DNA from: Acidobacteriota bacterium
Lineage (GTDB): Bacteria; Acidobacteriota; UBA6911; RPQK01; JAJDTT01
Reading direction: 5' to 3'
DNA length: 64,000 nucleotides
NCBI GenBank assembly: GCA_965209055.1
Contig: OZ242374.1
Location: 352,001 to 416,000, forward strand
Shown here: in pieces, positions 47,142 to 56,993 of the stretch
How positions within the stretch are numbered: position 1 is the stretch's first letter
Layout: each line of letters begins with the position of its first letter
Position numbers and translations under genes: made by a program
The notes under the pieces: model-generated
Database searches by the model: none
What the model was told of the DNA's origin: nothing
What the model saw: the letters and a program-made list of their open reading frames with translations, nothing else

Positions 47142-48823
47142 GTCTTGATGTGCTGGGCTTGACTGGACGTCAAGACCTGCAGATTGCGCCAACGAGCCGT
47201 GACACCTTGTCCGAAGAGGGAGTGCCGGTATTGGGAATCGAGTCCCGGGACAACGCCTCCCCTCCCGTCGGGACGATCGTCCAGCAAGGTGAAGATGGCC
47301 ATGAGGACCCGGAACCGGGCGGGCAGAACGATGGGAGCCGAGGGCTCGTCGATAGTGGCGACCCATTGGACTTCGCGAACGATCCGGCCGTCCACCAGCC
47401 ATTGGGCGTGGTCGGGAGCCGCTTCCAACCAGCCGTCCTCTCCCGGCTGATAACGAATTTCGTAGCGGTGCCACGAACCGGGCTCAATCGTCAGATCGGT
47501 CAGCAGCGGATCGATCATGGGCAGAGTCGAGTCTTCGCCCGTGGGTGATTTCACCTGGAAATGTTCGCGCAACGCCATGATGCGGTGATTTGATACCCCG
47601 AAATTCAAAATCACTCCGGTGGTGTTGTCGATCAGGGCGATGGCCCCGTTTCCCAACCTGGGATCATCCGGATCCGCTCCGAAAGGATTGGCTTCGGTCC
47701 CGTTCACCTCAACGCAGAGGTCTACGGAAACGGAAAGGCCCTCGCCCGTGGGATAGCGCCGATCGCTCACGAACATGGCTTTCACGTGGTCGAGAGGATT
47801 GTCGAACCCAAGCGTAAAGGTGGGGATCTCGATCTTCAGCTCGGGCGTTTCCGAGGTCGGCAGGGTCACGGTGGCTGTCGGATCGAGCATCTGGTGGCCG
47901 TTCACTTGGGGAATGCTCCAGCCTCGGCCGATCAGAGGCGAGCCCGTCGACCAATCCGTAAAATCACGGCCTTCCCCTTCCATCATGTAGGGAGGCTGCG
48001 GGAGTGCCCGCCAGACATCGACCGTTTTGGGTTCGTTGGTCCAATTCAGGGGCCGGTAGGTTTCGTCATCCCAGATCTGGTCCACCTCCAAGGTCAGTTC
48101 GATCACGTTTCCGGCGGGGTCGGGGATGTAAATGAAGATGTTGTGCCCGGGACCGTGACGGCCGGGGCCGTAGATGATGGGAACGTCATTCTTCCAAAGA
48201 TGATCACAGAACTTTTTCAGTTCGCTCCAGTCGGCCAGGTCATAGGCATAGTGGTTCACCTTGGTCCGGCCGGTTTGGAGGAAGGCGACGCCGTGGTGCT
48301 GCTGGTTGCACCGCATCCAGATGGCTGAGTTGTCCACGGTGTCCGAAACGCGGAATCCGAGGACATCCGTATAAAAGGCGGCGCAACGCGGAAGGTCGGC
48401 GGTCATGAACGTGATGTGGCCGAACCCGACCGGCCGGACTTCACGCGGCTCCAACGGTTGATCCAGGGTTTGCATTCCTGCATAAAGCTCCACCCTGTTT
48501 CCGTCGGGATCGCGAAAACAAAGGCCGGATCCATGACCCGGTTCGGGGTAGTCCCGGGGCTCGGGCCGGAAACCTTGTGCCGCCAGCTCGTGCCCGGCTT
48601 GCTCCAAAGCCTGCTCATCCAACACTTCCAATCCGAGGTGATGCAGAGCCCGTTCGCCCGGGTAAATGGACAGGCAGTGGTGGTTGCGGTTACAGCGCAG
48701 GAACGCGGCGCCGTTGTCGCGGCCGCTCGTCTCGAGCCCGACGATTTTCTCGTAGAATTCGACGGTCTCCTCCACGTTGGGGACGCTGATGCCAACGTGA
48801 GTGAAGTTTCGCACCCGAATCAT
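47138..48823 (-). CDS. Two-domain VOC extradiol (catechol 2,3-type) dioxygenase fused to a DUF6081-like C-terminal domain
   Basis: FGHITF, HHGVAF, NHYAY, GPGRHGPGHNIFIY..DP.GNVIE. Tail has DHVK, NPFG.DPDD.RL, FTLLD, LFGQG. Confidence 0.82.
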   Translation of the reverse strand: MIRVRNFTHVGISVPNVEETVEFYEKIVGLETSGRDNGAAFLRCNRNHHCLSIYPGERALHHLGLEVLDEQALEQAGHELAAQGFRPEPRDYPEPGHGSGLCFRDPDGNRVELYAGMQTLDQPLEPREVRPVGFGHITFMTADLPRCAAFYTDVLGFRVSDTVDNSAIWMRCNQQHHGVAFLQTGRTKVNHYAYDLADWSELKKFCDHLWKNDVPIIYGPGRHGPGHNIFIYIPDPAGNVIELTLEVDQIWDDETYRPLNWTNEPKTVDVWRALPQPPYMMEGEGRDFTDWSTGSPLIGRGWSIPQVNGHQMLDPTATVTLPTSETPELKIEIPTFTLGFDNPLDHVKAMFVSDRRYPTGEGLSVSVDLCVEVNGTEANPFGADPDDPRLGNGAIALIDNTTGVILNFGVSNHRIMALREHFQVKSPTGEDSTLPMIDPLLTDLTIEPGSWHRYEIRYQPGEDGWLEAAPDHAQWLVDGRIVREVQWVATIDEPSAPIVLPARFRVLMAIFTLLDDRPDGRGGVVPGLDSQYRHSLFGQGVTARWRNLQVLTSSQAQHIKT

Positions 48824-49713
48824 GACGCGTTCCTCACCTGCTCGATGACCGCTGCCAGATTCTGCTTCGATCTTCGTGTGCCTTCGGCAAGGTTTTCCAG
48901 CGTACTGGCTTCTTTTCGCTCGTACTCGATGGCCCAGATTCCGTCGAAGGAGTCCAAGAGCGTGCCGATGATGGGAGACCAGTCGATCTCACCCTCTCCG
49001 AAGGCCCGGTATTCAACGCCCCTGGGTTTGTCAGGCGCTTGGGCGACGTCTTTCCAGTGCGTGTAGACGACTCGATCCTGCACCGCCAACAACGCTTGGT
49101 AAGGATCTTCTCCCCCAAAGGCGTAGTTGGCGGGGTCAAAGGTCACTCCGATTTCCCGGTGAGGGACCATGTCCAGGAGCTTCTTGAGGCCGGCGCCGGT
49201 GGCCGAGGTGCCGCCATGGTTTTCGATTCCCACGCGGATTCCCTTGCCCTTCAAATAATCGCCCAATTTGTTGAAGGCAACGGCCAGCGTCTCGTAGAGC
49301 GCGTCGGTCACCCGGTCCGGTGTCAGGACGTAGTGCTTGGAGTGGGTGAAATCGTGTTCCGTGAAGACCCGAATCACTTGAGCGCCCAGGACCTCTGCAA
49401 TGTCGACCGCCTTCATGATCTCGGCGGAGCGATCCTCGGCGACCTCACCTGCGAGGCCGACCACGGCCCCGCTTCCGATGGCAGTCACTTGAACGCCGGC
49501 CGCCGTTGCCAGTTCCTTCACCCGGTCGAGTTCCCGGTCGGTGGCGTCCAGCGAAACCCGATTCTTGGCTTCGCCCTCCTCGAACCATCCGGCGTCGATT
49601 TCGACCGCCGGCGTGCCGATCCTGTGACAAGCCTCGAAAAATTCCGGAAAGCCGTACTCCCGGAAGCCGTAGGCTGCGTTCCCGAATCGAATCGGAGGTG
49701 TTGCATCTGTCAT
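48820..49713 (-). CDS. Sugar-phosphate isomerase/epimerase (AP-endonuclease-2 TIM barrel)
   Basis: IRVF, IENHG, FDPANY, HWKD, GEGEIDW, IEYE. Confidence 0.88.
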   Translation of the reverse strand: MTDATPPIRFGNAAYGFREYGFPEFFEACHRIGTPAVEIDAGWFEEGEAKNRVSLDATDRELDRVKELATAAGVQVTAIGSGAVVGLAGEVAEDRSAEIMKAVDIAEVLGAQVIRVFTEHDFTHSKHYVLTPDRVTDALYETLAVAFNKLGDYLKGKGIRVGIENHGGTSATGAGLKKLLDMVPHREIGVTFDPANYAFGGEDPYQALLAVQDRVVYTHWKDVAQAPDKPRGVEYRAFGEGEIDWSPIIGTLLDSFDGIWAIEYERKEASTLENLAEGTRRSKQNLAAVIEQVRNAS

Positions 49714-49821
49714 CGGCGAATCTCCTGGAAATGAGAATCTATTTCACTTGAGGATACAACAGTTTAGAGGCCACGCCAGCGCAGTCCTTCGTCAGCGCGG
49801 CGAACCGGCCAGATCCAGACT

Positions 49822-51801
49822 CTAAACCTGATGAACATAACGGGAAATCCTCTTCATCGGGGCTTTGTCACCTTTGTAGAACTCCCTCAAATAGAGCGGA
49901 TACCCTCTCCTGACGGGAATCTTGGCGCCATCGTCCGAGGCCATCAGTTTCCAGGCGAATTTGTCCGGCCGCGGCGAAATGTCAACCAAGGTATTTCCTT
50001 TGAATTGGCAGGTGTATTGAATCTCGTAGGTGGGCGCGGTGTGGTATTCCGTGGTCGCCACCATGGGAAACGTCAGGGTCACTTCATCACCAGGGCGCAA
50101 TCGATCCACCAGGACATTGTTGCCCGACCATGCCGGCGAGATGCTTTTCTGATTGACCTTGCACTGTACCGCTCTCGTGTCCGCCCAGGCGGGAATGCGC
50201 ACACTCAGCTTTGTTGCCGTCTTGATCTTGAATCCCACCTTGCCCTCGTAGGGCAGGTAGCTGTCGATATCGACCCAGGGCGACGCCCGGTTCAAGAGCA
50301 GGTTCACCTGGGCCAGCCCCTGATTGTATTGGACGATGGAATTCCAGGCTTCGTAAAGCCCCACCGGGGCGTTGGCATTGCAGCACATCGTCCACCAGGC
50401 ATGCAGCATGGTGGGATCGGAGACGGAAGCAAACCCGCCCAGTCCTCTCTCGATGACTTGCTCGTCCGACTCAATTTCACGGTTGAGGGGATGCTCGACG
50501 GCGGTCTCAATGATTTTTTCGATCAGGTCGCGACGCAACATCTGACTCTCGATCAGGTGATTTCGCACGTATTGGTCGACATCGTCCCAGTAATCGCCGA
50601 TCCCGGCCTGGCTGAGCCGGCAGGCGATATAGACCATGTCTCCGATCGAGCAGGTCTCGCACACTTGAGCCGACCCCCCGTAGGCCCGCCGGTTGGCCTG
50701 TTGGATCTTCTCCAGGGGGCCTAGAACCGCGGGGAAAAACCCGATGCGGCCGATCCCGGTATTCCGGGTGTATTCATAGAAATGGCGTACGAATTGCTTG
50801 GCCGCGTAATCGTTGGCAATGATGGCGTAGTCCACCATTCCCATCACACCGGTGGTCCGAGTGTGGAAGTGGCCTTCCCAGTGGGCGTGCTCCGGCCCCG
50901 CAATCATGGTCGGTCCGTCGGAAGATCCCCACATGGTGGGCTTGAGCATGAAGCGCGCCGTTTTCCGGGCCAGCTCGAGCGCCTCCTCGTCTCCGCTCCG
51001 ATCGGCCCAGAGGGAAAGCGCGCGCAGCGGATTGCCGATGACCTGAAAATTGATCTTGTCCGGCTCCTCGACCGCCGGACCGGAGCCGCCTTTCCCGGTC
51101 GGCTTTTTCCCTTCACCCATGGCAGCCAGGTCTTCGAATTCCTCCGCCATCGCCGCTCGAACCAGGAAGGTCGGCTTGTTGTTGGTGAACCAGGCGCGTT
51201 GGCCGTTCTGCCGCGCCACCTTCTTCAGCCCCCCGGCCAAATGCTTCACGGCCTTGAGCCACTTCGGGTCGTTGTCAAACTCGTGCCACGCCATCAAGGC
51301 GACCATGAGCCGGGCGTGGGGGAAGGGCCAGTAAACATCTTCTCCGTAATTGGGGAAACCCTCCCGCGAGGGCCTTCCGGCGTAACGGAGCCACCAGAGG
51401 CCGTTCTCGTCGATATCCGTCAGCAAGGCATCGACCATCCGGCTGTCATAATCGGCGTGGAGCGTACTGCCGCTCATCTTGCGCATCAGCGGCAGGACAT
51501 GGATCGCCTTGGGCAGACACGGACCTCCGGTGTTGTGGGTGAAATGAGGCGGGTTGGTGTCAAAGTGCAGACACTGGAAGGTCTCGCAGTTCTGCTGGAG
51601 GTCGACGGCTCCGGTCAAGGAGTTGACCGAGAGCCTGGCCCGGTCGGCCAGGTCCAGCGTGTCGGGCACTTCGGCCTCATAGGTGGAGGCTGTTGGCGGC
51701 GCGCTTTCCTTCGCTCCCCTGGAACAGCTCACCAATGCGCCGGCGCCGGCGGCAGTGGCCGCACCCAGTTTGACAAAGTCCCGCCGGTCGAGTTCAGCCA
51801 T
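49822..51801 (-). CDS. Tat-exported GH127/GH146-like (beta-L-arabinofuranosidase-like) protein
   Basis: DRRDFVKL signal with SC lipobox-like motif, GHFH, CETC, RNHLIESQ, CCNAN, LPYEGKV, VRIPAW. Confidence 0.65.
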   Translation of the reverse strand: MAELDRRDFVKLGAATAAGAGALVSCSRGAKESAPPTASTYEAEVPDTLDLADRARLSVNSLTGAVDLQQNCETFQCLHFDTNPPHFTHNTGGPCLPKAIHVLPLMRKMSGSTLHADYDSRMVDALLTDIDENGLWWLRYAGRPSREGFPNYGEDVYWPFPHARLMVALMAWHEFDNDPKWLKAVKHLAGGLKKVARQNGQRAWFTNNKPTFLVRAAMAEEFEDLAAMGEGKKPTGKGGSGPAVEEPDKINFQVIGNPLRALSLWADRSGDEEALELARKTARFMLKPTMWGSSDGPTMIAGPEHAHWEGHFHTRTTGVMGMVDYAIIANDYAAKQFVRHFYEYTRNTGIGRIGFFPAVLGPLEKIQQANRRAYGGSAQVCETCSIGDMVYIACRLSQAGIGDYWDDVDQYVRNHLIESQMLRRDLIEKIIETAVEHPLNREIESDEQVIERGLGGFASVSDPTMLHAWWTMCCNANAPVGLYEAWNSIVQYNQGLAQVNLLLNRASPWVDIDSYLPYEGKVGFKIKTATKLSVRIPAWADTRAVQCKVNQKSISPAWSGNNVLVDRLRPGDEVTLTFPMVATTEYHTAPTYEIQYTCQFKGNTLVDISPRPDKFAWKLMASDDGAKIPVRRGYPLYLREFYKGDKAPMKRISRYVHQV

Positions 51802-51866
51802 GTTGTCTCCCTTCGTGTCCGGCCTTTGCTTTTTCGAAGGTCCAGGGAACGACGTGTCGGTTCAGC

Positions 51867-52970
51867 TCACATCAGCACCACGGTTCGGGCCACTTCGCCC
51901 CGCTCCAGTGCGGCGTAAGCCTCGTTGATCTGATCGAAAGAGTAGGTGCGGGTCACCAGTTCGTCGAGTTTGAGTTTCCCGGCCCGGTAAAGATTCATCA
52001 ACTTGGGGATGTCGATTCGAGGCCGGCTCGAGCCATAGACCGATCCCTTGAGGACTTTCTCCTCAAAGATGAGGGGCATGATCGGTATCGAAACCTCGGT
52101 TTCCAGAGGGGTGACCCCGAGGACTACGGCCTCGCCGCGCTTGGCCAAGCTGTCAAAGGCCTGCCGCACTGTCTTGGGCAGCCCGATGACCTCGAAGGCA
52201 TAGTCCACCCCTCGCTGTTCGGTCAACGACCGGACCTGTTCCACCGGATCGTCCGATGACGCATTGACCGTGTGCGTGGCTCCGAATTGCCGTGCCATTT
52301 CGAGCTTGTTGTCCAAGAGGTCGACCGCGATGATCTTTTCGGCGCCTGCCAAGGCGGCTCCCTGGATCACGTTCAAGCCGACGCCTCCACTGCCGAAAAC
52401 CGCGACCTGACTGCCCGGCGTCACTCGGGCGGCATTCATCACCGCTCCGATTCCGGTAATCACTGCACAGCCCAGTAACGCCGCCTGCTGGAGAGGGATG
52501 TCTTTGGGAACCTTCACCAGCGCTTTTTCCAGAATCACGGTGTATTCGGAGAAGGTCGAAACTCCCAGAAAGTGCTTGATCTCGGACCCGTCGAGGGAAA
52601 AACGGCTGCTGCCGTCCAAAAGCCGTCCCGTGGACCGGATCTTCATTCCCACCGCGCAGAGCGCCGGCCGGGCCAACGTGCAGTATTCGCATTCGCCGCA
52701 ACTGAGTCGCCAAAGGGGGATGACGTTGTCCCCAGGCCGGACGGAGGTCACTCCCGAACCTGTTTCGACCACGGTCCCGGCGCCCTCATGACCCAGGATC
52801 GACGGGGTCGGGGCGTTCAAGTGTCCCGTCATCACATGGAGATCACTGTGGCAAATGCCGCCGACCGCCATTCGCACCAGAACTTCGCCGGCCCGGGGTT
52901 TGGCCACGTCAACTTCTCGAATATCGAGCCGTTGGCCCACATCAAAGAGGATTGCCGCCTTCGCTTTCAT
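51867..52970 (-). CDS. Zinc-dependent alcohol dehydrogenase (class III-like)
   Basis: GICHSD, GHEGAG, CGECEYC..C, LLGCAV.TG, G.GGVG. Confidence 0.95.
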   Translation of the reverse strand: MKAKAAILFDVGQRLDIREVDVAKPRAGEVLVRMAVGGICHSDLHVMTGHLNAPTPSILGHEGAGTVVETGSGVTSVRPGDNVIPLWRLSCGECEYCTLARPALCAVGMKIRSTGRLLDGSSRFSLDGSEIKHFLGVSTFSEYTVILEKALVKVPKDIPLQQAALLGCAVITGIGAVMNAARVTPGSQVAVFGSGGVGLNVIQGAALAGAEKIIAVDLLDNKLEMARQFGATHTVNASSDDPVEQVRSLTEQRGVDYAFEVIGLPKTVRQAFDSLAKRGEAVVLGVTPLETEVSIPIMPLIFEEKVLKGSVYGSSRPRIDIPKLMNLYRAGKLKLDELVTRTYSFDQINEAYAALERGEVARTVVLM

Positions 52971-52994
52971 AATTGGGAAAACTCCTTACGGCAC

Positions 52995-53741
52995 CTACAC
53001 GAGCGTGGCGCCGCCATTGACCACCAGCGTGTGGCCCGTGATGAAATCGTTGACCACCAGACCCAAAATGGCTTCGGCGATGTCGTTTGGGCGGGCGAGC
53101 CGTCGGAGAGGATTTTTCCTCCGGGCAGCGTCCGCAAGTGGCCTGATCTTATCGATCCAGCGAGTTTCGACGACTCCGGGCGCCACGGCGTTCACGCGAA
53201 TCTCCGGAGCCTGGCTGATGGCCAACGCCAGAGTCATATTGATGATTGCCGCTTTGGAAGCAGTATACGCAATCGAACTTCCTCTCCCGGTAAAGGCCGA
53301 GTCGGAGGACACGTTGACGATGTGCCCGCCGTCATGACTTCTCATGGCAGCGATCGCTGCTCGTGAACAGAAAAAAGTGCCCTTGACGTTCACGTCGAGG
53401 ATCTTGTCCCAGAGCTCTTCGGTCATTCCTTCGAGATCTCTTGGGAGGACAAAAGTTGTCGTCGCCGCGTTGTTGACGAGGATATCCAACCTCCCCAGCG
53501 TCGTCACGACTTTCCCCACCATCGATCTTACGGCGTCGTCGTTCGAGATATCGGCACAGACAGCGATTGCTTGCGAGCCGAGTTGCCGTATTTCGGACAC
53601 CGTTTCCTCGGCATCGGATCTGGAACGGGAGAAGTTCACGGCAACATCCGCTCCCTCCCCGGCAAACAGGAGAGAGGTTGCCTTTCCGATCCCAGTGCCT
53701 CCTCCGGTGACTAAAGCAACTTTTCCCTTCAGCTTACCCAT
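52995..53741 (-). CDS. Short-chain dehydrogenase/reductase
   Basis: TGGGTGIG, NNAA, YTASK, IRVNAVAPG. Confidence 0.95.
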   Translation of the reverse strand: MGKLKGKVALVTGGGTGIGKATSLLFAGEGADVAVNFSRSRSDAEETVSEIRQLGSQAIAVCADISNDDAVRSMVGKVVTTLGRLDILVNNAATTTFVLPRDLEGMTEELWDKILDVNVKGTFFCSRAAIAAMRSHDGGHIVNVSSDSAFTGRGSSIAYTASKAAIINMTLALAISQAPEIRVNAVAPGVVETRWIDKIRPLADAARRKNPLRRLARPNDIAEAILGLVVNDFITGHTLVVNGGATLV

Positions 53742-53843
53742 CGCCTTGGCCCCTCCTCTTGAACCGATGCCGCCGAAACCTCCCGATCCGATAGCTACTG
53801 TTGCCGTCAGCTCTTACCCGCTTGGTGCCTGACTGAAGCCTCA

Positions 53844-54623
53844 TCAGGATTTGAGTCTTGACCACAACCACTCCGGCATCTCGATGATGGAACTCAAACC
53901 GCCGTCCACCACCAGGTACGTGCCCGTCATGTACGCTGACATGTCGGACGCCAGAAACAGAGCGGTTTGAGCAATATCTTCCGGCCGGCCGTTCCGGCGC
54001 AGGGGACACATTTCTTTAATCTTCAAACGATCCGCCGGGGAGAGACCCTTCCACAATCCGGTCTCCACCGCGCCCGGCAATATTGCATTCACCCGGACCG
54101 AGGGCGCATAGTCCGCGGCCAAGGACCGGGTGAGAGCCAGCAGGCCCCCCTTGGAGGCTTGGTAGGCGGCATGGAGGGAGTAGCCCCGGATGGAATGGAC
54201 CGAACCCGTAATGATGAAAGTGCCGCCACCCTGGGCCACCATGGGCGGCAGGGCACAGCGGGCGATCATCCAGGTGGCTTTCAAACACACATCGAGGGTG
54301 CGGTCCCAATCCGCCTCGCTCGTCTCTGAAGCCGTCCCCAGCACGTAGGCGGCGGCGTTGCTGTGTACGATGTCCAGGCGGCCATAACGATCCAGAGCCG
54401 ACCCGACCATCGCCTCCACCGAGTCCATGTTTCCCACGTCTGCCTGGATAGAGAAGGCCTCGCCGGATTCTCTTCTCAGGTTCCGGACCGTCTCTTCGGC
54501 TCCGGCGCCGTCGATGTCGGCGACGACCACTTTGGCGCCCTGGCTCGAGAACAATCCGGCAGTTGCCCGTCCGATTCCCGAGGCCGCGCCGGTGATCAGA
54601 GCGACTTTGTCCTGCAACAACAT
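53844..54623 (-). CDS. Short-chain dehydrogenase/reductase
   Basis: TGAASGIG, YQASK, VRVNAILPG. AGGAGAAGG before Met 54623. Confidence 0.95.
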   Translation of the reverse strand: MLLQDKVALITGAASGIGRATAGLFSSQGAKVVVADIDGAGAEETVRNLRRESGEAFSIQADVGNMDSVEAMVGSALDRYGRLDIVHSNAAAYVLGTASETSEADWDRTLDVCLKATWMIARCALPPMVAQGGGTFIITGSVHSIRGYSLHAAYQASKGGLLALTRSLAADYAPSVRVNAILPGAVETGLWKGLSPADRLKIKEMCPLRRNGRPEDIAQTALFLASDMSAYMTGTYLVVDGGLSSIIEMPEWLWSRLKS

Positions 54624-54814
54624 GGGCGTCCTTCTCCTAAATCCCAAAGCGTCAATTCCTGACGGAAGGCGAAGTCCGGAGGCCGGTTTGCCTTACCTGA
54701 ATCCAGGGGCTCTACTGGCGCAGCAATGGTTTTCTTTTCATGTTCCGACTTGCTTTCAGGCTGGTCCGATCCTGCTCGGAATTGTACTGTCGTTAATCAT
54801 GGAGGCGCAAAAGA

Positions 54815-55861
54815 ATGAGAAGGAACGCTGAGGAACTCGAGCAACTGGCGAAGGAAATGCTGGTGGCGGTCAAGGCCGATGAGGACAACGCCGCCGTGGT
54901 GGCCAAACACCTGGTGTCGGCCAACCTGAGTGGCGTCGACACGCATGGGGTCTGGCAACTTCCGGGTTACATTGCCGCCATACAGGCTGGAGAGTTGGTT
55001 CCGGCAGCCCGGCCTGAGATCGTGAGGGAAACGAGCACCAGCGCTCTGGTCAGGGGCCATTGGACCTTTGGACAGGTGGTGGCGAAATTCGCCATGGAGA
55101 AAGCCATCGCCAAAGCGGCAAAGCGCGACGTGTCCGTAGTCGGTCTAGTGGAAAGCCACCATATCGGCCGTCTGGGGGAGTACGCGGAAGCGGCAGCCGC
55201 TGAAGGAATGATTGCGATGGTTTGGGGGGGCGGGTTCGGCGAAAAAAGGCCCAGAGTGGTGCCTCACGGAGGCCGTGGCGCCGTACTGGGAACCAACCCT
55301 TTGGCCATGGGTCTTCCCTCCGGGAGGGAGCCCCGAATGCTGTTCGATTTCGCCACCGCCGCCTCGTCGGGAGTCAAAATCGTCAACGCCCAGCGGACCG
55401 GGCAGGAAGTCCCCGACGGTTGGATCGTCGATAAAGAGGGGAATCCCACCAACAACGTGGATGATCTGTTGGAAGGAGGGGGGCAAATACCCTTTGGGGA
55501 GCACAAGGGATACGCGCTGGCGGTGACGGCTGAATGGCTGGGCCGGGTCTTCACCGGATCCGCCCAATTTGCCCAGGCCAATCGCGGGGGGCTCTATTTC
55601 AGTCATTCCGGCGCGGCCATGATGGTCTTCAGAGCCGACCTGTTTCAGCCGTTTGCCGACTATGCGAAAAGGGCCGACCGGCTCCGCAAACGGATCCAAG
55701 CTGTCCCTCCGGCCGCGGGTGTCGAGGAAGTTCTGATCCCCGGCGATCCCGAACTCCAGGCCAGGGTCCTTCGGCAGCAAGAGGGAATTCCGATCCCGGA
55801 TACGCTCTGGAGCGAGTTGGTCGACCTGGCAGCCTCGCTGGGTGTTTCGGTCCCCGAGTAG
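54815..55861 (+). CDS. Ldh_2 family (malate/L-lactate/ureidoglycolate-type) dehydrogenase
   Basis: ANLSGVDTHG, FGQV, SHHIGRLG, GTNPLA, DFAT, HKGYAL, IPGDPE. Confidence 0.93.
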   Translation: MRRNAEELEQLAKEMLVAVKADEDNAAVVAKHLVSANLSGVDTHGVWQLPGYIAAIQAGELVPAARPEIVRETSTSALVRGHWTFGQVVAKFAMEKAIAKAAKRDVSVVGLVESHHIGRLGEYAEAAAAEGMIAMVWGGGFGEKRPRVVPHGGRGAVLGTNPLAMGLPSGREPRMLFDFATAASSGVKIVNAQRTGQEVPDGWIVDKEGNPTNNVDDLLEGGGQIPFGEHKGYALAVTAEWLGRVFTGSAQFAQANRGGLYFSHSGAAMMVFRADLFQPFADYAKRADRLRKRIQAVPPAAGVEEVLIPGDPELQARVLRQQEGIPIPDTLWSELVDLAASLGVSVPE

Positions 55862-55864
55862 GGG

Positions 55865-56146
55865 TCAGATGGGCCTGTCCTTCCAGACAAGCTCGCGGAA
55901 CAGTGTGCGTCCCTCCCCGGCATCCTCGTGGGCATCGGCCAAGCGAGCGTGGATCGCCTTGATCGCGTCGAGTGGATTGCGGTCGATTCCGGTGTTTCGC
56001 CGGACATCGATGTCGTGTGCGTGCTCCTTGTCGTGGCTTTCGGCCTTCTCGAGAAGGAAGGCTGGGTGCCGGCTTTCGGCTTGGGCCTTGCGCAGGGCGA
56101 AGCGGCGCTCTTCGACCGAGAGATGCTGAAACCGTACCTCACCCAT
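55865..56146 (-). pseudogene. 5' stub of AbiEii nucleotidyltransferase toxin fused to unrelated sequence
   Basis: F..LS.EERR.AL..A...S..PA.LLEK, but the expected D.WV and GGT motifs are absent after ~56045. Confidence 0.7.
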
Positions 56147-56753
56147 GCGCGAGACGTGTACTCAGCGGCTCCGCCATCCACCGGGGCATGATGGCTCGCG
56201 CGGCTGCAAGCTCGTCGAGATCTTCCTGAGTGAGCTTGGGGAGAACAACGTCGAGGCCATCTTCGACGTCATGGGGGCCAAGCCATGCCAACGCGCGGAT
56301 GACGACTCCCGCCATCCGACGCGGGGCCGCCAGTTGCCAGCGCGGCGCGTGCCGGAGCTCCACGGGGTGCTTGCCGAAGAGCAATTGCCGACTGCGGCCG
56401 GAAGTGAGATAGACCGAGCGGACGGAATTCTGGGTCGTCAGGCCAAGCCAGTTGGCCGCGCCGCCTCCATTTGGAACGATGGTCTCGCCCCAGAGTTCCG
56501 AAAGCGACTGGAGCGCCTTTTCGACGCTCGGTGCACAGCGCCCGAACCGGGTATCGATCGGGAGCATGTAGACGCCTTGGCAGATCCGCAAGAGGTGCCC
56601 CGAGCGAGCCAAGCGCGACAGAGCCTGATTCACCGCCCCGCGCCTGCCGAGATGAAGCAGGGCGCCTGGACAGATCGGTGTGGCCTCGGGCGAGGCCTCG
56701 GCGTACTCAATGATCCGCTCGGCCACACTCTTCATAGCGACTCTCTCCGCCAC
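56139..56753 (-). CDS. DUF6088 / AbiEi-like type IV antitoxin
   Basis: LLHLG.R.AVNQALSRL..G.L.RI.QGVY, AANWLGLTTQ, YLTSGRSR, P.WM. Confidence 0.88.
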   Translation of the reverse strand: MAERVAMKSVAERIIEYAEASPEATPICPGALLHLGRRGAVNQALSRLARSGHLLRICQGVYMLPIDTRFGRCAPSVEKALQSLSELWGETIVPNGGGAANWLGLTTQNSVRSVYLTSGRSRQLLFGKHPVELRHAPRWQLAAPRRMAGVVIRALAWLGPHDVEDGLDVVLPKLTQEDLDELAAARAIMPRWMAEPLSTRLAHG

Positions 56754-56855
56754 AAATCCACCTGCTCAATTTAACAGAGCGCCGTGGTGCTCGGAGCAAT
56801 CGGAATCAAGGTAGCCAAGGCGGCGGTGTGCCGCCCCACCGGAGTCCGCGCAACG

Positions 56856-56876
56856 GGGGATGAGGACGCCATCCCC
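56856..56876. repeat. Intergenic palindrome GGGGATG-N7-CATCCCC (REP-like)
   Basis: 7-bp arms, with a second GGCGG/CCGCC stem at ~56819-56836. Confidence 0.4.
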
Positions 56877-56993
56877 GCGTGCCCTACAGCATTCTGGAGA
56901 TCCAGACAGGTCGGCCGGCGACGCGGATGTTCTCCACTACAACTGCCGGATGCCGGGACGGTCGAATGCCGTGACGACTCTTGCCAAGGGCTG

